Source: Haplodiscus bocki (taxonomy: Eukaryota). From it: a DNA stretch of 64,000 bases. The notes under the pieces were generated by a model. That model was not told the DNA's origin and searched no databases. It worked only from the letters and a program-made list of their open reading frames with translations. Position 1 is the first letter of the stretch. Each line of letters opens with the position of its first letter. Shown one piece after another: positions 1 to 13,061 of the stretch. The position numbers and the translations under genes are program-made. The DNA lies in NCBI GenBank assembly GCA_965655095.1, contig OZ296657.1, positions 84,878,001 through 84,942,000 of the forward strand, written 5' to 3'.

Positions 1-99
1 AAGGAATTTCACGGAGGGGAAAAAAACGAAACCATTTTGGCGTGACCTTGTGCGAATAGGCTTCCTTCCGCTCGCCTAAACTTTGCCTTACTTAAGGCG

Positions 100-1900
100 G
101 AGCAATAGGGCATTCTCGATAAGTAAAATATCTGAAATCACTCACAAAACATACATCGTTACATCAAAAAAATTAACGATAACCGCTCAGCAGTTTCTAG
201 TTTTTGCGATGGATTAAATACTTAAACATCGAAAAAAATGGTGCCGAATCTGCTGTTTCAAAGACCATTCTTCGTGACTTTCAATCAACCGTCCACTTGA
301 GTTGTCCGCTCTATCTTTGAGGGATTCCCTTTATAACAGCTGAAGATTCGGCTCGACCTCAACAGCAAGCAAAAGTCTGCAAACGTATCTCTATGGTCAT
401 TTTGACATATGCGTGTATCCTCCATTAGGACAACGCAGCACACACTCAAAGGAAAACATTTCAGCACGAGCGCAAATGGATCATAAGTGCTTTGGACTCC
501 TTCCAAAATTTAAAGCTACTCCATCTTGGAACGCAGAATTCGTCAAAATACATTTATCTTTCGAGTGGCAAAGCGTTCAGCCAGCTCGAAGAGGCTAGAT
601 AAAAAGCGAACAATCCCTTGTCGGTCATCGTTGATCTCATGAGTTGTTTCCTTGCTTTGGTTTTTTTTGCAGTTTTGATTTCCACTGCAATAAATTGCTG
701 TTTCTCTTCAGCGCACGAAGACTCCATGGACTCAAGAACTTGGGATGAAGTAAAATACGTCGTGTATTCACTCGTTCGAACTTCAGGTAGCGAGACGTTC
801 AGACAACCTGCACTAATCGGGAGGCAGAAAACTTCTCGCAAAATCTAAATGAAACTTCTGTTGTCCAAAAAATTCGGTAGCAGTTCATTCATGATAGTTT
901 TCTCAATCTGCTTCAGCAAAAAAAGGCAACCCCGCGTTGCGTGAAATGAATGTTATATTATGTTGTACAGTTTGTCAAGCTTTTGTAAACATTTTTGGGG
1001 TAAAATCTTCGCATGTTTAGCTAATTTCCGAAGAAGTTTGGCGCGTTGATTGATTTGGGTAGCTAAAAACTGTTGTTGAGATTCGTACGAACCGATCACG
1101 GAGCCTTACACTCTGTATCCCTCCTGAATGTCGACGTCTCTGTCAGGAAACATCTCGGTGGACTTGTTTAAAAAATGAATTTTGGTTAGCACATGACATT
1201 TGGTGACATGGTAGCCAAACGCAGGGCCATGTTTTTTCAGTTATTCTAACAGCACTCGTAACTCGTAGAGAGTCGAAGCTACCAGCAGCGTTGCCATCAT
1301 GGGCGTACTACCATTTGTGTGATGTTGCTTTTCCTCATTTTTTTTATCAAAGGAAGAATTCCTATGCCGTACATCGCTATTGCAAGTGGATCACCCTGCA
1401 TAGCTCATTCCTGTGGTTCGCTGATGTTCTCGATGAAATTTTAGAGGGCTTCTAGTAGAAATTCAGAAGGGTCGTATGGATTGATTGACAAAAAAAACTT
1501 TTTTTCCACCCAGTTGCTTGAGATTTACAAGAACACATCTAACGATTGTCTTGCTGATGATTCTCCGTAGAACTTCGCCAGCTCCAATTGTCCTGGTCTG
1601 ACTCCGGGGTTGTTCAAGGCAATCAATCTGCAGACATTGTATACATCTAGGCCATCCAGATTCTCGGTTGCTATTTTGACGTCTAAATTCGAGATAGCTT
1701 TACAGACATCGACTGATTCCATATCAAAAGCTGACAAAATTTGCCGCCATTCGTTTGCACGCAGACCTGACGGTCCATTACTACCATGTGTCCTCATTGC
1801 TGCTCTTTTGATGGTTGCTGCATTTATTTTGTCGAATAGAGAAGGATGATATCGGAAAACGTTTGGTTTGAACAATGTATTCGGGGTTGGCAGCTTTTGC
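100..1900 (-). mobile_element. Degenerate CRE-clade non-LTR retrotransposon (RT plus restriction-like endonuclease), intronic
   Basis: Minus-strand motifs in order: GPSGL, RLIAL..PGVRP, QGDPLAIAMYGIGILPL, YAHDGNAAG (YADD), HGPAFGY, ASSSWLNALPL, HRDTFA, FFDV*VFNP (RLE). Many stops and frameshifts; boundaries approximate. Confidence 0.8.
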
Positions 1901-2332
1901 TTTAGGATGTTTCTTTCAGAATGTCTAATACTTCAACTTTCTTTCAGTCAGAATGTGTAGAAATATCAGGAATCATCAGTCAACAAAAAACTATTGCCTT
2001 CGCCGATAGAGGAATAGTTGCAGAGCCGCATACATCCGCGTCAGTTCGAAACATTGTACCTGTTAATTGCATCCCGGTAAAGCCCAACATTTAGCTGACT
2101 AAGTGATGGTATGAATAGCGGCATTGATCGACTATTTTCTCGAAATGAGTTAAATAACGACTCACAATATTGGGCCCTGCTTTTAAACCCAAGAGCATAC
2201 CATGAGCCGTATTTCGCATTTTCTGTTTTCGTTTATCTTATGTACGCTCATTGGAAAAAACACCGAAATTCGGTTGCTTTTTGGTTTATCGACGACGAGC
2301 AGTAATTGTTATTCAAGATGTGACATGCTCAC

Positions 2333-2569
2333 CTTTGAGGATGACTTGCTGCTGTCTGCTGATTGGTCAGTTGATGAACTGAGTTTGTGGAGAGGTACTA
2401 GTCGGGGGTAGAAGTAGGCTGCAGTTGCACTCACAGTCATAGAGTTCACTAGGTGCATGAGATAAGCGCGGTTGTCAACTGTGACGTCAGAATGGCCAAA
2501 CAGAGCCTGACTTTTGAGCACGTTGTTTGTGTAAACTGGCAGCAACTTCATTGATTCCGGTAAAATTAA
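2333..2569 (-). CDS. SEC24C: SEC24C/D exon (helical domain); the gene continues beyond the window start
   Basis: LILPESMKLLPVYTN.VLKS...YFYPRLVPL; AAG|GTGAGC donor. The gelsolin-like C-terminus was not found in 1-2332. Confidence 0.95.
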
Positions 2570-2938
2570 CTGAAACGAAGGATGTTCAAATATTGCAAAA
2601 ATTCAGAAAACAGCAATTGGCTACATGTAGCACTTGTGATCATAAATTGACGTCATATATATTTATATGCACATTGTTAGTTTTCGAACATCTGAATCTC
2701 CAAAGCAGTAATTAGTGTCGTATTCATTTCCAACAGCAAAATGGGCCCCAGAATTTTTAATCAGAGCTTTCAATCCTGTTCACTTTGACAAGTTCGCGGA
2801 TTTCTTAAGATCATGGCAAAATATCTTCAAGAGATTCAATATTTCCCCTGCATCTCTACGAAAGACGAACAAGATTCAGAGCACTGGGAGGTTCCAAGAA
2901 GCTTCTTTAGTGCAGAAAACTCAGAATGACGATTTTAC

Positions 2939-3196
2939 TTGTCCAGGAGAAGAGGGGTTAGCACAGTTCTTTCTATAGCAGGCCAGACTGTTAGCACAGA
3001 GATCGATTATCTTCTCCTTGACTTGCTTCGGGTTGTCTTTGAGAAGCGCCCTCGTGCCTTCTTTGCAGATCCAGTTGATCAGCACATCTGTCTCCACAGT
3101 TTTGTACATGTCACTCAACTGAGTACAACACGTGAACGACATGTTGTGGATTCGCAGTCGTCGCTCCCCAGAAAAGCTTGTATATAGCAAGGCTAC
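2939..3196 (-). CDS. SEC24C: SEC24C/D exon (beta-sandwich/helical domain)
   Basis: VALLYTSFSGERRLRIHN...LACYRKNCANPSSPGQ; follows a 70-bp intron. Confidence 0.96.
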
Positions 3197-3266
3197 CTGG
3201 AAAAAACAACTTGCACAGTCTAAATTTCATATTCAAGCCAATGACATTTCTACACTACCGACACAC

Positions 3267-3509
3267 CTGAACATGAGCTCCCGCATTTTCGTCCAATTTA
3301 TCATCGTGTTTGAGTTCAACGAGGATGCATTTGTCTGGATCGAGAGCACCCAGTTCAACATCTTGTGCTGTCTCCATGTAGAAGTTGCCGTAGAAGTCAC
3401 AAGGGCGTACTCCTGCACTCGTGCGCACCCTCACCATTGCATCAAAGGCGTACTCTTTTTGAACACAGTTTGCTAGATCGGACATCAACATGTCTCCATC
3501 AGTGTCGAC
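3267..3509 (-). CDS. SEC24C: SEC24C/D exon (beta-sandwich)
   Basis: AFDAMVRVRTSAGVRPCDFYGNFYM...ELKHDDKL; GT-AG, 81 codons. Confidence 0.96.
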
Positions 3510-4411
3510 CTACGAAGAATTCAACAAAATGTAACAAGCAATTCCAAGGGCAGTTCTGTAGTTGAGAAAAATTGAAAATTTGCCGGTTTTTGGTCGCGAC
3601 TCTCACACCGGTTCTTTAAAGATCGCCCATGAACGTAAGAAAAGGCACAACTTTGCTATATCACTTTTTATATCAACAGATAATTTCGAAACGATATTTT
3701 TGGCACTGAGGCAAAAGTTTTTCTGTAAAAAATCTTAATTAGCTGACTCGAGTTTAAAATTTTTCAGGAAAAAACTTCCGAAAACACAAGGAAGCACCCG
3801 ATGAATACTGTAAACCTTGAGTATGATTCAGGGCTGTTCCAGATAGTTCAATTTGAAGACTTATCACAACAAGCCTGTACAAACCACTTATCCCATTTTA
3901 GAGTTGAAAACCCAGCGGACCTTGTAAAAGTTGGAGGATCAATCACACAATTTCACACGCGATGTTTGACTCGTCAGAAGAAAGTCCGACAAATACAAAT
4001 AAACAAAGGAAGAAGCGCGTTTTTCAGCATTTGCCAAAGGACCTGGAAAAGATGAAAGAAAAGCAGCAGGTTTTCATCGAAATTCAAGTCATCAGTTCTG
4101 CTATAAAAATATCAACCACATTCATCAGTTACCAGAAAAAACTAATTGCAAATATTGAACATATTTTTGCAAAAAAACACGCATTTCACGAAAAATGCAA
4201 GAAATTATGAATCAAGACTTCAAGTTCATGCAGAAACAAAACTCAGATTAGATTGCAGAACCTCATGAAATTAGAAGTTCATCTTTTTTTTCGACAAGCA
4301 TATCTATAGATACAGATCGAACAAAACAACGTATTTCCTCAATTGACAAATTTTGCGAAGTACAAAAAATAAAAAGTTGAGATGCGTAGACTGTGGCCGT
4401 TCTCTTTTTAC

Positions 4412-6666
4412 GATGACCCTCACATTAACTTTTGATGGCACGGAGACAACTGATGACGGGACGACTATGCTGTCTTACTGGAAACCTTCGAGTCTTTTCC
4501 CGGCCTGGAACCCATTTTTCAATTACGGGGGACCATCCCAAGTTCTTGTTCTAGATTACGAAGTTCTATTGAAAAAAAGCGTTTTCGACAAATCGCTACA
4601 ATCTCATCATCTTTGAAAATGTTGAAACTAGCTATAGCTACTAATATTCTCAGTATAACGCTAAATACTATGGTCGCTTTGGTTATACTAGCCAAAAGCG
4701 AACTTCGCCAATCACAGCTTTTCCCATTTCTGTTCGTCTCTTCTGGACCTCATTGCCACTGGTTTGATACCTCTACCGGCTAACTTAGTCCTGTTCTGGA
4801 TACAAGGAGACGCAAGGAGCTGCAAACTTGCTTTTTAGCAATTCGGTGAATCACAACAAATGGAGGGCGAAGATGAACAGTTGGAATATCATAGAGCTCG
4901 CGTGTGCCAAATATTCACTGTGTGTGATGCTCTAACAGAAGTAAGCGCAGGTTTTACAATATCTGCAGTTGCCTTCATTAGATTTATCAATGCTTGTTAC
5001 CTATTCAAACTTCAACATATGCGCCAAACCAATTTCTTCATAAGTTTTTCGTTTCTTTGGTACTTATCGCTGCCTTGGCTAATTGTGATATCTACCACCA
5101 TATTTTTCCTGATCCCAGTCAATGCTCAATATCGGGTTATGCCGAAATGAAATTGACACAAGTGAAAAAGACATCATTCGGCTCGGCGTCGGTGTGGTCA
5201 TTTTTTTTCTGAGCACCTCTTGGGTTTTTTTACCCGAAAATTTCTCGCAAACTGCTAAAGGCCCAAAGGAACGTGTCAACGAACAAAAATTAACGTCGGT
5301 ATTTTTAGTCAATACAGCTCTATGAGCCATGTGCTCGACTGTTTCATTCATATTTAAAGTGATTACAAACAATGCTCCCTATTGCGGCCAAAATTCAAAG
5401 TAATTTTCAGTGAAAATAAACATTAGCTAGGATAAAATTAAAAGATAAGGTTAAAATTTGAAAGGTTAAGTTCAAATATGGGCTACGAGTATGTAGGTAG
5501 AAGAAGTAAAGGTTCCAGAAATTAGTGTCTAACTCACAAAAAGTACACTCACGCACCTTTCCCTATGTTTGGTCCACTTTTATAACTGACAAGGGTCTAA
5601 ATTTCTAAATTTACAAAAGCCATCCACGATGTGGTTGGAATACTCCCCGGCTGATGAATAATCCGTGAGACACTGGTGCGAGAAGTCATGACAGCATGAA
5701 ACTTGGTAGAACTTTTGAGGCCATCTAAATCTTTGATTAAAAATGAACAATTCAGCACTCAGAGATGACGCCGTGTACACTGCAGGTTGACAATGATATC
5801 AGATTCCGTGCTTTTTACAAATCTCTAAATCAGCACATATAATACTGATTAATGCTAACTCAAACAAATTGCAGGAAATATTGTTTCATCAGATGCTTTG
5901 GGGTGAGCGTTTCATGGCCAAATCTTTTGTACCGTACGAATCAATAGTTCATCTATTCTCACACATCCAACCTTTGATTTTCATGACAATATGTGCACCG
6001 ATCCGAAATAACCTTCTCCTGTTCCTTCTAGCCTCCATAAAAATGTTTTTGGTTCCGCTCTTCTTCAAAGCATCCGGAAACGCAAAAAGAGGTCAACAAG
6101 GAAGTGAGAAAAAAGGATACCGATCGCTGGTACTGAGCCGGCTGTTGGTTGCTCTGAGTTTCGTCTTTGTTTTGCTATCAATCAACTTTGTGGTCCTTTC
6201 GCCGTTTCAAATTCACAAACTTACTTCGAGACATGAGTATCGAAGCTTGCTGGTAAAATCTCAACAAGCTTCCAATTTCTCCAACTATTACTTTTTCCGC
6301 GGAATTTCAATCGTAGATGAAAGGTTTGAATGCCTAGAATCTAGAGGATACCCAAACACGCAGTTTCACAAATGTTATACAGTTATTGCATCTCCATATC
6401 AAAATGAAAGTTAAATTCATTGGAAACATAGGAAATTATGCGAGTACCACTCCCTGGGAATATACTACCCAATTTTATTGGACGAGATGAAGGCCGTTGA
6501 TAAAATTTTGAAGCATCACACTGGTCTGAACAAATCTCCCAAAATTTTTGTGGCTTACGAGTCGGGATGGAAAAACAGAAGTCACTGGTTTAGCGAATAC
6601 CGAAACTATGATGGAAATGTGACTAGAATTGAAGTCTGCGCTTTGGATGAGCAAACCGAGAGGTGA
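4412..6666 (+). pseudogene. Rhodopsin-like 7TM receptor pseudogene nested antisense in a SEC24 intron
   Basis: Reconstructed TM1 NILSITLNTMVALVIL, TM2 LDLIATG, TM3 C...AVAFIRFINAC, TM4 W, and TM7-like HIQPLIF. Broken by frameshifts (about 4616 and 4742) and stops; no introns seen. Confidence 0.6.
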
Positions 6667-7098
6667 GCCTCCTGCCTGTCAGGAAAATGGGAAACTTTAC
6701 GACTGTGATAAACGCATGTGATTTTAATTGCGCTCGATTCAATTAACGTTAAACTTATTAATACTTGCAATACAAAATGCAAAATAGTAAAGCCCCAGCA
6801 AGCAGAACTTTCAAACCGCTTCCCCGAAATCTAACTGGAAGCAATCTTAATTGTCCAAAAATCAAATAAATTTTTTGGTGTTGATAAGACAGAAAAGATC
6901 AAGAATTGTAAAATTCTTAGTCAGAAAAATTTGCTTGATTACGGTAGTCGCTATAGAGCTGTAGCGACGCGATGAAGCCCGAATGCCATTTCCATCCATT
7001 ACTAACTACCCTTGACTGTGGACTGGTTTACACTGGACCTGCTCAACGATATTTGGCGTATAAAAGAGCAGCATAATATTGAATGGTCAATAACCAAC

Positions 7099-7269
7099 CT
7101 GAAAATTGTTGTAAAGATGCACTTCTCCTCCGGTGAGTCTAGGAACTTCGGCCAGAGTTGCAATGTCGACGTGGGCGATGGGGAAGAGGAACAAATCGAC
7201 AGAGCAGCCAGCACGTACACACTCAACTCCAAGTTTAGGGTAAAACTCATTCTGAGGTTTCAAAATTGT
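7099..7269 (-). CDS. SEC24C: SEC24C/D exon (trunk domain), after a 15,086-bp intron
   Basis: TILKPQNEFYPKLGVECVRAGCSVDLFLFP..HVDIATL..VPRLTGG; GT-AG, 57 codons. Confidence 0.95.
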
Positions 7270-7324
7270 CTGAAACAACACAGCGTTGCAGAAAAGAGCG
7301 TTCGAAGAATTTCAATTAAAAAAA

Positions 7325-7375
7325 ATAGGTGCCTGGCGAGGCTCGAACATCGAATCACAAGAATTGAAAACCTGC
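7325..7375 (-). repeat. Dispersed SINE-like fragment with a B box; second copy at 27721-27770
   Basis: ATAGG...GGCG(A/G)GGCTCGAACATCGAA is shared by 7325-7355 and 27721-27750; it reads GTTCGAGCC on the minus strand. Confidence 0.45.
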
Positions 7376-8358
7376 TACTGAAAATCTTTAAGTTTAATTA
7401 ACCACAAAAGTAGCCATTTATTAGAAATGCGAGTTGCTTTTTAGGAGTTACCTCCTCCTCCGGGGCAAATTTAAAGCACTCGACTTCAATATGAGACAAA
7501 AATTTGACGGAAAATTTACATAATAATATTTCACAAGAAAAAGTATGGGCTCTTTAAGGCACCTGAAGGCTCTTCACTCACAAAGTAATTCCAACAAGAC
7601 GGCCGGCTACCAACGGCATATATTCCACCCACCAATCTTAATAAAGATGCCTCTTGAAAGATGGAAGCGTTTTTTTTCAGAATATTACTTTCTTCATCAA
7701 ACTTTGCAATTTCTCCAAATTTAAAAACTTCAAGTTTTTGCACAAAACCAAACAATTACGACGGAAAAGACATTGTCAAGAAGTAATATCCTTTGATACG
7801 CGTTCTACTAAAAATTTGATACAACAATTGAAACTCAAATTCAGAATCTGGGCGTTCTGCGAGTGTTATTGTTCTCTGTGAGTGTTATTGAGGGGATGAT
7901 TTTGCTTTCATATTATGAATATGGCAGAAACAGAGGAGCTCGAACAAACTCATTCAGAGCAGTATCTAAAGCGTTTTTATGTTACTTTATGGTGTAGGAA
8001 GAAAATGGAAGCTAATTTAGGAAGAAAAGGAATGAAATTTCGATTAAAAGCTAAACTTTGACTTTAGAGACTGACTATAAAGAATCAAGCGTATCAGAGT
8101 ATCATTATGGTGCATCAAACTATAATAACGCTGGACGCTTAAGTAGAAAGTTGAATTGGAATGCAAACAAAGATTTCAGAAAAACCGCAAAAAATATAAT
8201 TCCGCCGACTTACGGAATGATCTTGTCCCTAAAGCATTGTTTCCCAAAAAAATCGCTGTTTATCTTCGTTCGTATGCTGTTGAAAGGTGTATAGACTTGT
8301 AGCTAAACAGCTGTATCAGAAAGTAAGACTGCAAAAATTACAGGAAAATGTTTGGCTC

Positions 8359-9664
8359 AGCCTGAGGAATCGGAAAAGCCTTTTAAGTCACCGAGAAATC
8401 TGCATAAGGTTCGAGATATGAAAGCAAGATTTTAAAAATTCCGAAAATACTCGGACTAAGCACATATAAAATACATTATAAAATTTTTCGCCTGAACGTT
8501 AGTTTTTCTCCAAAAACTACGCTCATCCAAGTTCGAGTTAAAGTTGGGCGGAAATTTCTTTTGACAGATGAAGTACTGAAAAAGTGTGCAAAAATCGCGA
8601 ATTTTCCGAAAAATGGCTAAAGAACCTATCAGTAGTAGAAGAGGGAACAGAGTTGACGGGGAAGGGGGTTGAAGACCATATGTATTAAGATAGGGTATAG
8701 TTCGGAAATGTTCTGAGATAGGGCATACTCCGTTAAAGTATGATGTAATACATGGTTTCTCGCATGGTAGTCTCGGATTTAGAACATGGTTTCTCGCACG
8801 ATAATCCCCGTTTCCAATGGTTTCTCGCAGGGTAATGCCGGATTCAAAACATCGTTTTTCGCAGGGTAATATCCAACTAGTTCCGGGTCTCGACAAACTT
8901 CAGTTACATCCTGCATTGAAGTCAAATCAAACATTAGTACACAGTGGTATTTGAAATTGTCAATAGGAATTGAGGCTATATCAACTTTAAAGTCCATTGC
9001 TTCCCCTGTGGTGACATATGGGCGACGAACATTAGCAGCATCAAAGTCTACGAATGGCTGACCGCCTCACAGTATTGTGATTTGTCTGAGATCGAATTGC
9101 TGATTCCAGAATGGAGTTTCAGAGTACTATCCAGCGAATTCAATGTTTTTATTCGTTCCAGGAGCTATCAGACGAACTGGAGCATTGTTAAAAATGGTTT
9201 CTTGAATCAATCGGTTTTGTGTAGCGGGAATGATAAAAGTCTGCTACAGTCTCCAAATAGTTGAACTCCAATAGGGTATGTGCAAGCATGTCCATTCTTT
9301 TTTTGTGATATTCGTCTTCCAGAGTCGTACGAGTGGTCCTATAGAAGATGCAATTACGTGATGAGGATCAGAGTTGCAAAGAACAATTGGTTCTGTCACA
9401 ATCTTTGACGAATTGGATACATATATCAGGACATGTTTCCCTATCCACGTTGTCTTTGTAGCCTTGAAGGTCTCCTTCTGGACACAAATTGATTCAAACG
9501 CGAAACTTGCTAAATTTTTGATGAAATTTTGTTGATTCGTGTACTTTATACCAAAAGAGTCAAGCTTGTCAAAAAAGAGTTCTCGGATTTGATATGAGTT
9601 GGTCGGATGGTCATTCTTAACTCGTTCACTGCATCCGGCTAAAGGTCGCTCCAAATTAACGTGT
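8359..9664. repeat. Tandem duplication of the Polinton left junction (flank, TSD and TIR) followed by an inverted copy of the right arm
   Basis: 8359-~8945 matches 9665-~10255, including CCTATC|AGTAGTAGAA at 8625-8640. ~8945-9657 is a near-identical reverse complement of ~18912-19635; the ORF track shows the same peptides on opposite strands. Confidence 0.92.
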
Positions 9665-9937
9665 AGCCTGAGGATTCGGAAAAACCTTTGAAGTCACCGA
9701 GAAATCTGCATAAGGTTCGAGATCCGAAAGCAAGATTTTGAAAATTCCGAAAATACTCGGACTAAGCACATATGAAATCCATTATATAATTTTTCGCCAG
9801 AACGTCTAGTTTTTCTCCAAAAACTACGCTCATCCAAGTTCGAGTTAAAGTTGGGCGGAAATTTCTTTTGACAAATGAAGTACTGAAGTAATGTGCAAAA
9901 ATCGCGAATTTTCCGAAAAATGGCTAAAGAACCTATC

Positions 9938-10185
9938 AGTAGTAGAAGAAGGAACAGAGTTGACGGGGAAGGGGGTTGAAGACCATATGTATTAAGATAG
10001 GGTATAGTTCGGAAATGTTCTGAGATAGGGCATACTCCGTTAAAGTATGATGTAATACATGGTTTCTCGCATGGTAGTCTCGGATTTAGAACATGGTTTC
10101 TCGCACGATAATCCCCGTTTCCAATGGTTTCTCGCAGGGTAATGCCGGATTCAAAACATCGTTTTTCGCAGGGTAATATCCAACT
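9938..10185. repeat. Polinton-1 left terminal inverted repeat
   Basis: AGTAGTAGAA..CAGAGTTGACGG, then ATTAAGATAGGGTATA units and CATGGTTTCTCGCAGGGTAAT units; inverse of 20476-20998. Confidence 0.85.
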
Positions 10186-11349
10186 AGTTCCGGGTCTCGA
10201 CAAACTTCATTTACATTTTGCATTGAAGTCAAATCAAACATTAGTACACAGTGGTCATTGAAATTGTCATTTGGAATCGAGGGATATCATCTTGAGGTCC
10301 ATTGCTTTCATTGTAACATATGGGCGACGCGCATCAGCGGCATCGAAGTCTACGGTTGCCTGACCGCCTCAGTGTTTTGATTTGTCGCAGATCGAATTGC
10401 TGATACCAGAATGGAGTTCCAGTGTACGATCCAATGAATGCAGGGTTTTCATCCGTTCCAGGAACAATCAGACGAACTGGATCATTAATAATGTTTGCTT
10501 GAACGAACCGGTTTTGTCCAGCGGGAATGATAAAAGCCTTTGCGAGAGTCTCCAAATAGTTGAACTCCACTGGGGTATATGCAAGCATCTCCATCCTTTT
10601 TTTGTGGTAAACGTCTTGAGAGCAATACGAGTGTAAAGCGAACAGTCCTTAATTCCAAGACTAACGTTCGGGTTCTCGCCAATCATATAAAACTTAGGCG
10701 TGGCTGATTCGTAATCAAACTTTCATATATGGTTATAGCAATTCAGAAGTGAAAATATCATCACCCATTTATACCATACAGCATGAAGCCATCAAGTTTT
10801 CTCTTTCCGTGTGAGAAATTCGTTCAGACGAGGGTGCGTCCATTATCTCATCAGAACTTCCTTCGTAGTCTCACCCTTCTCAATACAAAACTTACGTGTA
10901 TTCGAAGATGGCTCCCTTGAAGTTGCTGGAAATGGAAGACTTGTATGCATATATTCCATTAGAATTGTGATTTTGCTGAGTGTTGATGTACACACTTCGA
11001 GATTGCAAATAGCGAATGCAAAATGTTTACATGTTTAACCAGCGGAACTGGAGAGTCCTCCTCCTCCGTTTCCTCATCTGCTGGCTATTTTGTTTCTTCA
11101 TTGTGTTTTTTTTAACTTCTTTCCTATTGTTAGCTTCCTAACCCCGACACTTGACAAATTTCAGTTTCTCAAATCAACGTAATAGTTCCGATCCGTTTGA
11201 AAATCAAACTGTACGCAGTTTTCATCGAGTGAAGTGCTAGGAAAATTTTCTTGTTCATGGGACGACAACACATCGTCAACTACTAGGACTTTTCCTGCAA
11301 AATTTCCAGGAACTGCCGTAAACGGTTGTTACCGAAAACTAATTGACAT
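10180..11349 (-). pseudogene. Polinton major capsid protein, left-arm copy, C-terminus truncated at the TIR
   Basis: VVDDVLSSHEQE..SLDENCVQFDFQTDRNYYVDLR; FNYLETLAKAFIIPAGQNRFVQANI; HCVLMFDLTSMQ; ends at PELVG fused to TIR repeats. Confidence 0.8.
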
Positions 11350-11701
11350 GAATTGAGAAATATTTGTAAAATTGTCTCTTCGCGACCGACTCCTTTGTTT
11401 TGCAGATTTTGTTCGGATGAACCTGCTTGCAGTCCTTTTTCTGCTTCCACTACCCATCTGTTTTCGCAGAGTTGGTCTTTCACACTCTTTGCTGCTGTCT
11501 TAAAATTCTAACAACTGCAATTTTGGGCGCAGGAAGTTCCAACAAGTCAGCACTCACACGTTTTGCAGCTTTGACCATGTACTTACGCAAAATTGGAATT
11601 GCGGTCTTCCCAATAGCTTGTGGAAGTGCAGCGAATCCCCTTCCACGCTGTCGACCAATACCTCTATAGAATGGAATTTCTACTGAACTTTAGGCAACCA
11701 T
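11350..11701 (-). pseudogene. Polinton small basic core-protein-like ORF (pVII/PZ-like) upstream of MCP
   Basis: MVA*..PFYRGIGRQRGRGFAAL..IGKTAIPILRKYM; homologous in motif and position to 60647-61240. Confidence 0.65.
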
Positions 11702-11719
11702 CTTGCAGCGTCTTTTTGG

Positions 11720-12480
11720 TAAGAATTGAATTTTGCAGGCTTTTCTAAACATCAAAACAAGACGGGTGTTACCGACAAGTACAGAGGGTTTTTTGTCACC
11801 GGTCGTGTTTCTGAAGTCGAAATGAATACTATGAATAGAAGTTTTGGGCAGCTGTCTGAACTTTAGGTTATTAAATATCTGATATTTAATGTACTACTGT
11901 GTAGTGGTTATCATGTCCCCTGCTTTTAACTTTGAAGTAAAGGAAAAGCAACGCCGTTTTTCTTCCGAGTAGTATCTGAAACTGCTCAATAGAAAGAGAA
12001 CATCCTTTCTTGACGGAAATTGTTCCAATTATGATAAGATGTTTCTTCAGTACACAGCAGCTCTTGAAAGTTACGCTATTGTAAGTTAATGGATATACTC
12101 ATTTTGCCAAGAGCACTTTGTATTCTTTCATTTTCAGATCGTTTTGGTTATCACTGATGTTTAACTTGTTTCAATAACGGTACACCACAACGTTCACCTT
12201 TCCTTTATCAGTCCTGAAGTTTACACATACTTTTCTCCTACCTTGATCTTTTGTGCATTTTAGGCCGGAAATTTTTTTGTGATCAGTTTTTGCATTATCT
12301 GGTAATTGCTAATTGTGACGACAGTCAGTGTAAGTTTTTTCGAGAGAAGTTTTAGAAGTTATTAGTACAATGTTAAAGTCCCATATTTGATTTTAGCTTG
12401 AGAAAGGTGTAACTTATCTCCTTTGTTCCAATTCATCGTAACTCGATTAGGATGAAAAATGATGAAGTAAATAGTTGCAA
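11720..12480 (-). pseudogene. Polinton minor capsid (penton-like) protein remnant
   Basis: C-terminus YQIFNNLKFRQLPKTSIHSIHFDFRNTTGDK...TRLVLMFR aligns by eye with the penton C-terminus at ~60310-60460. Confidence 0.65.
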
Positions 12481-13061
12481 TCACTCGTAAAGAACACCAC
12501 AAATGAGTTTATCGAAAATAATTCCATCATCTGCAGAATTCATTACATTAAATTGATAGATAACTTCATCCATTTCTTGATATAGATCATTATTTTGTTG
12601 AAATATCTTGACCTCCTTCTGCTTTGGAAGTAATCGGACTTCAACGTATGAACTCTCTGGCTTGTCTGCATTGTACAGCAGCAGAGTCACACAAATCTTT
12701 CTGTTTGCTCGGTAGACAACGTCAACTACATTGAGCTAGCTTTAGTTGTTCATCCTTATCGTTGGACATTGTTGGAATCTGTTTTGGAGTCAAGTTTTCC
12801 TCTTCTAAACTTTTCTGCTGTAACAATTATCTGCTTTCGTAGTCTCATAAACTCGTTGAAGTCTACTTCTTCCTTTGTAAGATTTTGTATCAGTCGGAAA
12901 TCTTTGTTGTCATCTTTCTTGAAAGCTTTGAGTTTTACATCGAAGTACTTGGCGTCTTTTTTGGACCAGAAAAATCGTCAAAATCTTTCTTGACTTTTAC
13001 CAAAGTCCACATAGTCGGTACAAGTTAGCTGGTCCAAGGAAGGAGTAGTGTTTTAAGCCAT
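12481..13061 (-). pseudogene. Polinton accessory ORF, possible PC4/PUR-fold ssDNA-binding protein
   Basis: MA*NTTPSLDQLTCTDYVDFGK..RFFWSKKDAKYFDVKLKAFKKD..FRLIQNLT..EVDFNEFMRLR; beta-beta-beta-helix pattern. The fold assignment is inference. Confidence 0.4.

Noticed and set aside
8456-8896. 146-aa and 169-aa (9694-10203) minus ORFs as genes
   Set aside because: They read through TIR repeats into host flank; they are chance frames duplicated with the segment.
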